From: Eledone cirrhosa
Lineage: Eukaryota
Assembly (NCBI GenBank): GCA_964016885.1
Contig: OZ024759.1
Location: 18,662,001 to 18,726,000 of the forward strand
DNA: 64,000 nt
Reading direction: 5' to 3'
Shown: positions 27,680-43,575 of the stretch, piece by piece
How the letters are laid out: every line of letters begins with the position of its first letter
Numbering within the stretch: the first letter of the stretch is position 1
Program-made: the position numbers and the translations under genes
Notes under the pieces: model-generated
What the model saw: only the letters and a program-made list of their open reading frames with translations
Databases searched by the model: none
Told to the model about the DNA's origin: nothing

Positions 27680-29030
27680 CAATAATTGTTTCTACTGTTG
27701 GCACAAGGCCAGCAATTATCCCAGTGTATTACTGGTACTTTATTTTATCGACCCCGTAAGGATGAGAGGGAAAGTTAACCTCGGTGGGATTTGAACTCAG
27801 ATCATAAAGGGGCGTAGCTCTATGCTGCAAAGCATGGTATCCGACTCTCTACCGATCCTGCCAGCCCAATTGTTTCTTATATAGGCACAATGCCAGCAAT
27901 TTTGGGGGAAGGGAAAGTCGATTAAATCGACCTCAGTGCATGACTGGTACTTTATTTTATCGACCCCGTAAGGATGAAAGGCAAAGTTAACCACGGCGGA
28001 ATTTGAACTCAGATCATAAAGGGCCGTAATTCTATACTGCAAAGCATGGCGTCCGACCCTCTACCGATACTGCCAATCCACCGCCGCCCTACCAAATACG
28101 ATAATAATAATTGTTTCTACCTATGGCCAGACATTTCTAGCGAAGGGAAAGGGGAAAGTCGATTAAATCGACTCCAGTGTGTTACTGGTACTTTATTTTA
28201 TCGACAGCTCTACCAATACTCCCAATCAACCAATCAACCAATTATTTCTAATTTTGTCACTAGGCCAGTAATTTCAAGGAAAGACAAAGGAGAAAGTCGA
28301 ATAAATCAACATCAGTGTATTACTGGTACTTTATTTTATCAACCATTCTACCGATAATCTCAATCAACCAATTATAATTATTATTTCTACTTTTGGCACG
28401 AGGACAACAATTTGAAGAGAAAGGAAGCGGGGAGAGTCGATGACATTGATCCCAGTTTGTTACTGGTACTTTCTTTTATTGACCTTCGTAATGATGAAAG
28501 GCAAAGCTAACTTCAGTGGCATCTGAAACCGGAACGTAAAGAACCGTAACTGTATCTTGTAGAGCATGTTTTTCAACGCTCCACCGGTTTTGCCAGTAAT
28601 AATTGTTTCTACTTTAGGCACAAGGCCAGCAATTATTCCAGTGTATTACTGGTACTTTATTTTATCGACCCCGTAAGGATGAAAGGCAAAGTTAATCTCG
28701 GCGAGATTTGAACTCAGACCATAAAGGGCCGTAACTCTATGCTGCAAAGCATTGTGTCCGACCCTCTACCGATACTGCCAATCCACTGCCATTAATTTGC
28801 CCGTAATAATGGTTTCTTATATAGACACAAGGCCAGCACTTTTGGGGGAGGCTAAAGTCGATTAAATCGACCCCAGTGCGTGACTGGTACTTTATTTTAT
28901 CGACCCCGTAAGGATGAAAGGCAAAGTTAACCTCGGCGGGATTTGAACTCAGACCGTAAAGACGCGTAACTCTATGCTGCAAAGCAGGGCGTCCGACCCT
29001 CTACCAATACTGCCAATCCACCACCCCTAA
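27680..29030 (-). mobile_element. Cluster of about 7 co-oriented Meta-core SINEs and fragments
   Basis: Repeated ACTGGTACTTTATTTTATCGACCCCGTAAGGATGAAAGGC. Both long (with GGAAAGTCGATTAAATCGAC) and short variants occur. Confidence 0.88.
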
Positions 29031-29512
29031 GCTACCAGTAATAATAAAAATAATATTCATTTCAAATTTAGGCAAATGGTCAACCACATGACCTTTTCAC
29101 CATTGCCAACAGACAGAAGTAAACAGCATGCCCTTCCATTTATCAAATTTCACACTCAAAGCATATGTCAACGCAAGGCTATAAGTGTCACAAGTTAAGG
29201 TAAAAACCAAAGCAAGTAGTTTCAAAGTGAACTCCTTAATCATAGAGCTAGGCTTGCTCCTACTACTTTAAATCTCTGTGATATTGACCCATAAGTTTGT
29301 CCCTATGTTTTCTATCAAATAAGCACTGATCATAAAATGACTCAATTGTCCTTATCCTATACATGCTTCGCCTTGCGGCAATGTAAGCAATCGTTGTTTT
29401 ATTCAAATGCCTTTCTTGTGATGTAGATTAAAGGCTTTGATAAGTTATGACTCACTATTTCCCCATTTTTCTACAGTCTTGGACGCCATCTTTGATCGTA
29501 CTAATGTATATA

Positions 29513-29569
<57 letters not shown>

Positions 29570-29751
29570 ATATATGTATGTGTATATATAATATATCTTA
29601 TAATATATATAATATTATATATATATATAATATTATATATATATATATATACATGTATATATATGTATGTGTATATATAATATTATATATATATATATAT
29701 ATAATATTATATATATATATATATACATGTATATATATGTATGTGTATATA

Positions 29752-29789
<38 letters not shown>

Positions 29790-29902
29790 CTTATAATATA
29801 TATAATATTATAGATATATATATATATATATATATAATATTATATATATATATATATACATGTATATATATGTATGTGTATATATAATATTATATATATA
29901 TA

Positions 29903-29944
<42 letters not shown>

Positions 29945-29954
29945 TATATATATA

Positions 29955-30009
<55 letters not shown>

Positions 30010-30049
30010 ATATATGTATGTGTATATATAATATATCTTATAATATATA

Positions 30050-30101
<52 letters not shown>

Positions 30102-30802
30102 TCTCGTGTTATGGATAGTTTCGCTGGATATATTGCTTTGTTAGTGAAGAAAGGAGATCTTAACGTCTTAACGATGTCTTTGTTTTATGTTTTTTCTTCA
30201 AAACTTCAGAACATTCTGAGATTACAATCTATCTGTAAAAATAATCTACGAAGATTGATCAAAATAACTTATAATATTGCTGTTATTGCTTATTTTTTCA
30301 TTTATAGTTGTCGCTTAGAAATTACTAGTTACAATGCTTTTTTTTTATCAGTATTCGCACATTAAGAAAAACAATCTATTTTTTAGCTTCGAAAGACACT
30401 CGGCGCGTAAAAAATCTGTTAAATAAAATAATACAGTGAGTGTACAGCATAAAGTAATGATTATTTATTAGCAAGACCCGAGTGTAATTACTTCCGAGTG
30501 TAAATGCTTAAATAGTTAAATGGAAGGAGGAAAGGAACGGCAGACTCTACACCTCAGTCAAGATGGTGTATTTGAGTAACACCTCACGGAGAAAATGACC
30601 AAAGTATTATCGCAGAGAACAGCCAACCACATCCGTTGCATTAACCCCTCTATATCACAAGGTTCCTTCCTCAGATATAATGTACTCCTCTCAATTTTAA
30701 GGAGGAAAAAATCCCACTTTTCGGGGACCGAGGACACGAAAAATCTTGATGTCGACTGGCACGAAAAAGAAGTAAGGTTTGTGAACTTGACGCGTAAACG
30801 GC

Positions 30803-31378
30803 TGAATTTCCCACAGACACGTGTCTTCAATATCAATATAGAAAAGCCATACAGACATGTGGAATTCCTGACTGACTGACTGACAAATGTTACACAGTTT
30901 AACAAGGCTGTATCTTTGCATTACAGACACAATCCAGAAAGAAAGAGAACGATGAATTTCCCACAGACACGTGTCTTGAATATAGAAAAGCCATACAGAC
31001 ATGTGGAATTCCTGACTGACTGACTGACAAATGTTACACAGTTTAACAAGCCTGTATCTTTGCATTACAGACACAATCCAGAAAGAAAGAGAACGATGAA
31101 TTTCCCACAGACACGTGTCTTCAATATAGAAAAGCCATACAGACATGTGGAATTCCTGACTGACTGACAAATGTTACACAGTTTAACAAGCCTGTATCTT
31201 TGCATTACAGACACAATCCAGAAAGAAAGAGAACGATGAATTTCCCACAGACACGTGTCTTCAATATAGAAAAGCCATACAGACATGTAGAATTCCTGAC
31301 TGACTGACTGACAAATGTTACACAGTTTAACAAGGCTGTATCTTTGCATTACAGACACAATCCAGAAAGAAAGAGAAC
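30803..31378. repeat. 140-150 bp tandem repeat, 4 copies
   Basis: TGAATTTCCCACAGACACGTGTCTT at about 30803, 30953, 31097, 31237. Length varies mainly by an internal (CTGA)n. Confidence 0.93.
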
Positions 31379-31877
31379 AATAGAAGATTAATCCTACCAA
31401 CCTAGTACCAACCAGAATAGTATTTTAATTATCAAACTGGATAAATTGAAAAACCAAAAAAATTAAACCCCGGTCATAAGTAAAATCAGAGCGCAGAGAT
31501 AGAGAACAAATACCGCAAGCCATCCTTTCCGATGCTCTCACAATTCTACCAATTCGGCGCCTTTCACGAAAGAATAGATTATATTAACATGGAAAAAGTA
31601 TCGAAAATAGAATGTTATTGATTTATCAAATAAATATATTACTTCTTTAATATTTTTCTATCTACAGATTATGGGTTTACCTTCTGAAAATCATTCATCA
31701 TCAATATTGTGTTTTTACTTAAAGCATAAAATACATGCATACAAACATACACACATACACATGCATACACACATACATAGGTACATACACACATACATAC
31801 ATATACACACGTGTCTGAGTATATGTTTACTTATGTCTCAGTTTAGACAGATTGGAATGTGTTGTTTTCACATGTTT

Positions 31878-31929
<52 letters not shown>

Positions 31930-32018
31930 CATACACACACTCACACATATATTATATATAAACATATGTATATGTGTTTATATATATATATATATGTGTG
32001 TATGTGTGTGTGTATCTT

Positions 32019-32069
<51 letters not shown>

Positions 32070-33130
32070 ATTATACATATATGTGACTGTGTATGTTTAA
32101 ATATATGCATATATATAAATATGTGTGTGTGTTTATATATATATATATGTATATATATTAGAGTCCAGTTTTGAATTAAAACAATATAATCCACAACTTA
32201 GTGTAAACAAATCAATGCTACCATATAAAATAGTAGAATATCATGTGTCTGTTGATTTATCTATAGATAAACGTACGTATTTCACTTTTTATTAAGTTTT
32301 TCCATAGAACTTTAAAAACCTCACAATGAAACGTTCGTTCGCGTACCATCTCTCATAAATCATTGAATTATATATATGTATATATATACATTTATATACA
32401 CATATATATATATATACATTTATATACATATATATATATATACATTTATATACATATATATATACATTTATATACATATATATATATATATTTATATACA
32501 TATATATACATTTATATACATATATATATATACATTTATATAAATATATATATATATACATTTATATAAATATATATATATATATACATTTATATAAATA
32601 TATATATATATACATTTATATTCATATATATATATACATTTATATACATATATATATATACATTTATATACATATATATATATACATTTATATACATATA
32701 TATATATACATTTATATACATATATATATATACATTTATATACATATATATATATACATTTATATACATATATATATATACATTTATATACATATATATA
32801 TATACATTTATATATATGTATATAAACATTTATATACACACATATATATATATATATATACATTTATATATATATATATATATACATTTATATATATATA
32901 CGTTTATATACATATACATTTATATACATATACATTTATATACATATACATTTATGTATATATATACATTTATATATATATATACGTTTATATACATATA
33001 CATTTATATACATATACATTTATGTATATATACATTTATATATATATACATTTATATATATATATACATTTATATACATATATATATACATTTATATATA
33101 TACATATATATATACATATATATATACATT

Positions 33131-33163
<33 letters not shown>

Positions 33164-33345
33164 ATACATATACATACATATATATATATACATACATATA
33201 TACATACACATATATATATATTTATATATATATATATATTCATATACATACACATATATATATACATACATATATACATACACATATATATATATTTATA
33301 TATATATATATATATACATACATATATATATATATTCATATACAT

Positions 33346-33384
<39 letters not shown>

Positions 33385-33409
33385 CATATATATATATATT
33401 CATATACAT

Positions 33410-33447
<38 letters not shown>

Positions 33448-33464
33448 CATACATATACATACAT

Positions 33465-33501
<37 letters not shown>

Positions 33502-33572
33502 CATATACATACATCTATCTATATATATATATTTATATATATATATATATATATATATAGACATATACATAC

Positions 33573-33609
<37 letters not shown>

Positions 33610-34091
33610 TACAGCTATCTAACTCTGGGTGTCGACGTTCACTGCACTCGCTCGATAAAGTATGTTACGACAGTTAAAATGTAATTCATTATTTTATGTT
33701 CTATCTGTTGTCATATCGGTATCTCAAAAGTTTTCGAAAATTCGAAAATATGTATTGGAATATTGTACAGTCTAGCAAAGGAATTAAACGTCTTTACGAT
33801 CAGTTTACAGAATGATTGGCACTTCGGGATAGTAACATAGTTATGGTAATACATTCTATCAATGCTTGTGCTTAGCTGATGACAGACAGAATCACGTAAT
33901 CGATTAATGTTCCTCCCTTTTCCCATGATGTGAGAGTTACACTGCTATTATTGTCCTGCCTATTATAGCTCAGTAATGGTATGAAAATGCTGTGGCTTAG
34001 TGGGTATGATGCTGGTTTCACATCGTAAGTAATGTCTTGAATAAGATTTCCGGAGTAGACGCTGCGAGGAGTTCTTATGCATGTGTATGGG

Positions 34092-34159
<68 letters not shown>

Positions 34160-34160
34160 G

Positions 34161-34208
<48 letters not shown>

Positions 34209-34251
34209 TATGTATATACATATATATGTATATATACATATGTATATATAC

Positions 34252-34298
<47 letters not shown>

Positions 34299-34341
34299 TA
34301 TGTATATACATATATATGTATATATACATATGTATATATAC

Positions 34342-34398
<57 letters not shown>

Positions 34399-34402
34399 CA
34401 TA

Positions 34403-34644
<242 letters not shown>

Positions 34645-34676
34645 TATATACATATATATGTATATATACATATATA

Positions 34677-34782
<106 letters not shown>

Positions 34783-34794
34783 TATACATATATA

Positions 34795-34898
<104 letters not shown>

Positions 34899-34919
34899 CA
34901 CATATATATATATATATAC

Positions 34920-34966
<47 letters not shown>

Positions 34967-34979
34967 AATATATATATAC

Positions 34980-35010
<31 letters not shown>

Positions 35011-35045
35011 CATGTATATATACATATATATATGTATATATATAC

Positions 35046-35076
<31 letters not shown>

Positions 35077-35156
35077 TTTGTGTATATATACATATATATA
35101 TATATATATTTACATATGTATATATGTATATATATATATATATATACATACATATG

Positions 35157-35252
<96 letters not shown>

Positions 35253-35265
35253 CATGTATATATAC

Positions 35266-35311
<46 letters not shown>

Positions 35312-36309
35312 TTCTGTATATAATCATATATATATATATATATTTACATATATATATTTGGGTATATATATATATATATATATATATTTCTGTATATAAT
35401 CATATATATATATATATATTTACATATATATATTTGGGTATATATATATATATATATACTATTGACAAACTTGTAAAGTTTCATTCAATTTATGTTAAGA
35501 TGTTGACAGATTTAGTTTTTCTCTACTGAACATAGACTATTTGAAAACAGTTGCTTAAATCAGAATCGGTATTTTTGAAAGATAAACTTTCATGTTGCTA
35601 AAGCATTTCTCGTGACATCTATTTCCGTTTTCCAACCATTTCTTTTCATGTTTACTTACATGTCTTCTTTTGTTTATAGTTTATTTTCTTTCTGGTGCGT
35701 TGATTAATCCTTGTGAACTTTTAACCAGTAATCTTACCTTTCAATAGAATTGGTAGACTGGGGGCAGATAGGTAGAATTTGTAGAGCGGCTGATAAAATG
35801 CCTTTGTCGTAATTGTTCTGTCCTTCTAGATTCCAGTTTCAAATCTCGTTGAGTTCAAACTTGCCTTTCACCCTTCTGGTGTGGATGAAATCAAATACCA
35901 GTAAATTACTGGCGTCGATATTATTGACTTTCACTTCCCGCCCACCTTATCTGTTGGCCATCTGCCTTAAATTGGAAACCATTATTATTACATTATTATT
36001 ACATTCACAGGGCGGTGGATTGGCAGTGTCAGTAGAGAATCGGACGCCATGCTTTCCAGCATAGTTACGTCCCTTTACGGTCTGAGTTCAAATCCCGCCG
36101 AGGTTAACTTTGCCTTTCATCCTTACGGGGTCGATACAATAAAGTACCAGTAATGTACTGGGTAATTGCTGGCCTTGTGCCAAAAGTAGAAACAATTATT
36201 ACATTCAGTAGGTTCGTTTACTCTACTACTACTACTACTACAACAAGAACACCATAAAAATTATTACTACTACTACTACCACCACCACTAGTAATACTAT
36301 TACTACATT

Positions 36310-36575
36310 CAGAACAAAAGCTGGCGACATCTGACTTTGAGAGAGATATATGCCGGCCACCCACGTATAACTGTCGTATATCGGCCATCGTGCCACCTAC
36401 GAGGCTGTGTTCCCATTAGTGCTTTGGAAACCACAAGCTGTCACTAAAAACAGAAGGCGCAAGCTTTCCTACCCCGATGTCATCTACAGAGATTCTGGTA
36501 TTGAAATCCAGGACTTGGCAACGGCAATGAACGACAGACCTACGTGGAGATTAATTGTTGAGTCCATCACCGCTG
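36310..36575 (+). mobile_element. RTE-clade LINE 3' fragment
   Basis: LVLWKPQAVTKNRRRKLSYPDVIYRDSGIEIQDLATAMNDRPTWR resembles the RTE C-terminus (L..AM.DR..W). Confidence 0.7.
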
Positions 36576-36815
36576 TTATCTCTACTACAATTGGTGTTAC
36601 TACTACTACTGCCGCTACTACAACTATTCATGTTTCTTCTACTGCCACTACTACTACTACTGCTACTACAAGAACACCATAAAAATTATTACTACTACTA
36701 CTACCACCACCACTAGTACTACTATTATTAAAACTACCACCACAGCTGTATATCGCTACTACAATTCGTGTTACTACTATTGCCACTACTACAACTGGCC
36801 CTGTTTCTTCTACTG

Positions 36816-36852
<37 letters not shown>

Positions 36853-38328
36853 CAGCACCACCACTAGTTCTACTATTACTACCACTACCACCACCGCTGC
36901 TATCGCTACTACAATTGATGTTACTACTACTGCCGCTACTGCCGTTGGTCCTGTTTCTTCTACTACTACTACTAGTAGTAGTAGTAGTAGTAGCAGTAGT
37001 AGTAGTAGTAGTAGTACTAAAGAACAGCATCGATAGTCTCCTATATGAATCCTGCCAATTACATATAAGGAAAGCAAAATGAATTTACATAGCGTTCTTT
37101 AAAACTAAAAAAAAAAAAAGAAAAATATTAAATCAAAATGTTTTCCAATAATTGCCTTGATCTGATGATTTTGATGGTATTCGAGAAAACTCTACGGCTG
37201 AGTGGAGAAAGTAATCAATCCGTATTCATTATTTCTGATTTCTAAAATCCTAAAACTGACAAGCAATTTGAATTTAAACCAGTCTACTTTTCCGGTCGAA
37301 ATGATAAACTTTATCATAAATACGGATTGATACAACAAAACCTAACGAAAATATAAATGACACCGTAGTACTAAGACAGGAAGTATGCAACATTTATCTA
37401 CCTTTGTAGTTCCATTAAAAACGCGAAATAACAGGATGTTTTTATACGAGATAATCTAGTCAGCAGAAATAGCAAGGGGCTGTCTCTTAAATTCCACGGG
37501 CTCTTAATTTCTGATGGAGGCGGAGTGGTGGTGTCATGAGCCTTTTGACTCTGGCGGAGCCCCATTTCTCTTCAGGCTGAAACACAGTCAATTGCTTCTT
37601 AGAGAGAGAAGAGGAGAGATCAGGAAAGCAAGAGAGGGAGATGAGGGGAGAACGAGCGAGAGAAGGTGACAGAGAGAGCGAGAGAAGGTATCTCTATACT
37701 GGACTGGTACTTATCACCCTCAAAAAGATGAAAGACAAAGTTTTACCTCGGTGTAATTAGAATTAAGAGATGAGAGCTGGAACGATCAATGCGAATCATT
37801 CTATCAGACGTTCTAACGGCATTTCATCGTCTGTATTGTCAAATACTGCAATAGAACTCACATAGAGCCAAACAATAGAATTCACAGAGCCTATTTATTA
37901 GTCAACAATTTTCTTCCTTAGTTCTGTTAGGTTTCTGTGGAGCATTGGGCGATGAGAGATCACCATTCGGTACTGGAGCAAATCGTGTCATCTGTTCATG
38001 ATCCTGCTCCAACAACAGACCAATGTCTGGACAGTTGTCCTCTAAGATATCAAACAAGTAACGTTGGGTCTGCCATGCATCCTTTACCCCCACCCTTCGT
38101 CCATTCGAGAGAACCCCCACCCCCTCATTTATCTCTACGTTGACATACGTAACTCGTGGCTAATGCTTTTTCACTCTCAAAGATAACAGTTCCTTTTCTA
38201 GTGTAAAAGAAATAACCCCTGAAATGAAGTAGTCGGAAAGTTCCAAAGAGTGGAGACGGTCCCATTTTGTTTCGTTCCTTTCTCTTCTCACTCTCAATCA
38301 TTCTATTTCAACTTTTATTTCTCATTCT

Positions 38329-38366
38329 CTCTTCTGATGAAAGACTAGTGTTCGAAACTTTAAGAG
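38329..38366 (+). ncRNA. Minimal type I HHR, decayed, same family as 9206-9241
   Basis: CTCTT-CTGATGA(38334-38340)-A-aGAC-tagt-GTTc-GAAA-CT-TT-AAGAG. Downstream AAGCGTTAAACTAATATA matches the 9.2 kb copy. Ends at (CA)n. Confidence 0.65.
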
Positions 38367-39032
38367 TCTCTTCTTATTATTTTAAGCGTTAAACTAATAT
38401 AGTTCTTCATTGTTCTCTCGTTTGCTCTGTTATTTCTGTTCACACACACACACACATGCATACATGCATGCATACATATATACATACACATATGCATGCA
38501 TGTACGCATACGTACATACATTAATGGAACAGTAAAAATATGTAAAACATTCCAAAAATGTTGCATCTAATAACTGCATATACACATGTACAGATACAAA
38601 GCATATACACATGCACACAAACAACTCAAAACATCCACATCCACACATACAATAACATCCATATCTACACATGCATGCATACATACATAATCTACCTAGT
38701 TGATGTTGTGTAAATTCCATTGAGAGAGTCATGTGTCTATGTTAGAAACCGACTCTCTCTCTATTGGTAAAACTTTGTGAAATTATAAAACCAGAACATC
38801 CACACATACATACACACATACACACATACATACATAAATACATAATGGCTGCCCCTTCGTTATCGAGTATGGCCATTGCACGAGAAAAAAAAAAAAAAAT
38901 TAAATTAAAAAAAAAAAAAATTATATATATATACACATACATACATACATAGATATGTAAATATACATACACATACATATACATACACATATATTAATAA
39001 CAATAATAATAATAATAATGCTTTCTTTAATA

Positions 39033-39070
<38 letters not shown>

Positions 39071-39479
39071 TGATAATAACGACAACAACAACAATGATAT
39101 ACATATACATATATATATATACACACACACACGCACACACATAAACATATCTATACACACACACACGATAGCAACTAACAGCGCTAACATACATACATAA
39201 AGCCGTCAAGAAGCTCTTTCATTACTTTGTCACAAAACAGAGTCTCCAACGGTTTTGGTGACTATCAGTAATTGATACCTTGATTCTGATCATGTGTAGC
39301 ATGAAAGCAATTATTATTAAATAGCTTAAACCACCAACTTTCTCTATCGATGTCTCCCTCTTTCTCAAACACACAGTTTATCCATATACACAGACTCGTA
39401 TGCACACACACATACATGCAAATACGTATACATCCACTTACACAGACCAATGTGCACAGATTCACGCATATACGCACAA

Positions 39480-40057
39480 ATACACACAGACACATACAAC
39501 TACACATACACCAATTTACACAAACAGCCATATGCACAGACTCACATACATATATACACATATATATATATACACACATATATATATATACACACAGACA
39601 CATACAACTACACATACACACATTTACACAAACAGCCATATGCACAGACTCACATACATATATACACACATATATATACACACATATATATATACACACA
39701 GACACATAGAACTACACATACACACATTTACACAAACAGCCATATGCACAGACTCACATATATATATACACACAGACACATACAACTACACATACACACA
39801 TTTACACAAACAGCCATATGCACAGACTCACATATATATATACACACATATATATACAAACACAGACACATACAACTACACATACACACATTTACACAAA
39901 CAGCCATATGCACAGACTCACATATATATATACACACACACACAACTACACATACACCCATTTACACAAACAGCCATATGCACACACACATATATATATA
40001 CACACACACAGACACATACAACTACACATACACCCATTTACGCAAACAGCCATATTG

Positions 40058-40060
<3 letters not shown>
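39480..40060. repeat. Composite minisatellite built on CA/TA microsatellite, about 6 units
   Basis: Repeated CAGACACATACAACTACACATACACACATTTACACAAACAGCCATATGCACAGACTCAC. Confidence 0.85.
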
Positions 40061-40090
<30 letters not shown>

Positions 40091-40578
40091 CATACACACA
40101 TACACATATATATATATACACAGCTACTTACACAAACATATATGCAAAGACACACACATATACGCACAAATACAAATACATGCAAGCATACAGACACATA
40201 CACCCTCTTACACAGACATCTATATGCACAGACATACACAATTTAAACACGCATACACAAACACATCTATGTGTACAGACATACACATATGCACACGCAC
40301 AAATACACACACACGCACCCACTTACACAAACACACACATATACGCATTAATACACAGAGAAACACACAAAAATACACATATACGCATTAATACACAGAG
40401 AAACACACACTAAAACACACGCATTTACACAAACACACACACTTGTACAAATACACAGTTACACGAACCCACACATATGCATTAATGCACACACAAATAC
40501 ACACATATGCATTAATGCACACACAGACATATACACATTAATACACACACAAACACATACTCTCTCTCTCTCACCCAG

Positions 40579-40614
<36 letters not shown>

Positions 40615-41230
40615 AACACAAACACGCAGACACATACACCCACATGCAACAAAAGAAAAACAACTAATATTTTCACAGGATTCAAAACGACGGGTAAATT
40701 ATGGTTAGTTATCACTCAGAATGAGAAGATGCGCCAGAAGAATAAATAATTTAACTGGTTTGAATAATTAGTTTCTCTTCTAACAGCATTTTCCCGAGAG
40801 TTTTAATCTAATTCCTATTTAAAAAAATGTTATTCTTGGGCGCAACATAGCCGTATGGTTAAAAAGGTTCTTTTGCAAATATTAAGTCCCGGGTTTGATA
40901 CTTCAACATGGTGTCTAGGACAAGTGTTGTTTACTATAGTTTCAATGTGTCCCATACCTTCAGTATGAAACTGGATAGATGAAAACAGTTTGGGATCCAG
41001 CTAGGTCGACCACAGTGCCTGTAATTCAATGGAACAGTCTTGTCACAGATTCTGCTACGCTGAAACTCTCTGAAATTTGCGCTAAATTTACCCGTGTCTG
41101 TGGAATGCCCAGAGAGTTTAACTTTAGTTTTATGAACCGGCTGTTCCGTTGAAGGAACAATTGCAACACTTACCGTCCAAACTGACGGGAAGCTATTCCT
41201 TTCTATTCCTACAATTGTTAAATTCGAGGT

Positions 41231-41478
41231 CACCAAATGATGCAGGTAAATGAAGAGAACACGCTAAAACTTCGAAGTCACTGCCAATCTTGGAAAATGC
41301 ATTTCTACACTCTACCCACCAAATGATGCAGGTAAATGAAGAGACCAAGCTAAAACTTCGAAGTCACTGCCAATCTTGGAAAATGCATTTCTACACTCTA
41401 CCCACCAAATGATGCAGGTAAATGAAGAGACCAAGCTAAAACTTCGAAGTCACTGCCAATCTTGGAAAATGCATTTCT
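41231..41478. repeat. 86-bp tandem repeat, about 2.9 copies
   Basis: CACCAAATGATGCAGG at 41231, 41317, 41403. Confidence 0.95.
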
Positions 41479-41490
41479 ATATATATATAT

Positions 41491-41845
41491 AATATGTGTT
41501 CCTACACGCACAAGGCGCTATTGTTAGGTTAGATTTTAACCTAACTATTTTAGGTTAGAATCTAACCTAACTATTGTTAGGTTAGAATCTAACCTAACTA
41601 TTGTTAGGTTAGATTCTAACCTAACTATTGTTAGGTTAGATTCTAACCTAACAATAGTTAGGTTAGACTCTAACCTAACAATAGTTAGGTTAGACTCTAA
41701 CCTAACAATAGTTAGGTTAGATTCTAACCTAACAATAGTTAGGTTAGACTCTAACCTAACAATAGTTAGGTTAGATTCTAACCTAAAATAGTTAGGTTAA
41801 AATCTAACCTAACAATAGCGCCTTGTGCGTGTAGGAACACATATT
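41491..41845. mobile_element. Foldback/MITE-like element made of 11 palindromic 26-27 bp TTAGG-containing units between TIRs
   Basis: Perfect TIR AATATGTGTTCCTACACGCACAAGGCGCTATTG. Unit core GTTAGGTTAGA-n-TCTAACCTAAC. (TA)n on both sides. Confidence 0.85.
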
Positions 41846-42104
41846 ATATATATATATATATGCATATATATATATGCATATGCATATATATATATATATA
41901 TATATATGCATATATATATATATGCATATGCATATATATATATATATGCATATGCATATATATATATATGCATATATATATATATATGCATATGCATATA
42001 TATATATATGCATATATATATATATATATATATATATGCATATATATATATATGCATATATATATATATGCATATATATATATATATATGCATATATATA
42101 TATA

Positions 42105-42148
<44 letters not shown>

Positions 42149-42204
42149 TATATATATATATATATGCATATATATATATATATATGCATATATATATATA
42201 TATA

Positions 42205-42240
<36 letters not shown>

Positions 42241-42354
42241 TATATATATGCATATATATATATATATATATGCATATATATATATATATATATATATGCA
42301 TATATATATATATATATGCATATATATATATGCATATATATATATATATATATA

Positions 42355-42390
<36 letters not shown>

Positions 42391-42412
42391 TATATATATA
42401 TATATATATATA

Positions 42413-42492
<80 letters not shown>

Positions 42493-42512
42493 TATATATA
42501 TATATATATATA

Positions 42513-42552
<40 letters not shown>

Positions 42553-42676
42553 TATATATATATATATATATATGCATATATATATATGCATATATATATA
42601 TATATGCATATATATATATGCATATATATATATATATGCATATATATATATGCATATATATATATATATATATATA

Positions 42677-42794
<118 letters not shown>

Positions 42795-42866
42795 TATATA
42801 TATATGCATATATATATATATATATATATGCATATATATATATATATATATATATGCATATATATA

Positions 42867-42908
<42 letters not shown>

Positions 42909-42954
42909 TATATATATGCATATATATATATATATATATATATGCATATATATA

Positions 42955-42994
<40 letters not shown>

Positions 42995-43022
42995 TATATA
43001 TATATATATATGTATATATGCA

Positions 43023-43055
<33 letters not shown>

Positions 43056-43106
43056 GCATATATATATATATATATGTATATATGCATATATATATATATG
43101 TATATA

Positions 43107-43158
<52 letters not shown>

Positions 43159-43531
43159 CACATATATTTACATATATATATATATATATACGAGACGAAG
43201 CTGGTGTGATGTGTGTATTTTTAGTAAATACAGCACGTGTTACTAGCCAGTCGGTGATTTGAATTTGATGCGTAAACACAGATGGTTGGACCTCTTCCTT
43301 GTTCAAAATCCAGGATCTGGCTACTGTCGTTTACCAATCGATTAATTGGTGAAATATATTTCTTTAATGGAATATATACAAGGAAGATTAATCATTTTAT
43401 AAGGTATCTATTTTTGAAGTTCTAGTTAAACTTTATTTAGTTACCTACCTAGCTGTGTGTGCTTACACACTTTTACAAATTATCCCCTGTGATTGTTTCA
43501 TATGTTTATTTATATGTCAATCAATTTCTAG

Positions 43532-43575
<44 letters not shown>

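Noticed and set aside
33875-33900. Isolated CTGATGA here and at about 37142 and 48239
   Set aside because: No convincing stem II-GAAA-stem III-UH arrangement follows, so these are treated as chance matches.
41520-41815. Interstitial telomere
   Set aside because: TTAGG occurs only as short inverted pairs within 27-bp units, not as a tandem telomeric tract.
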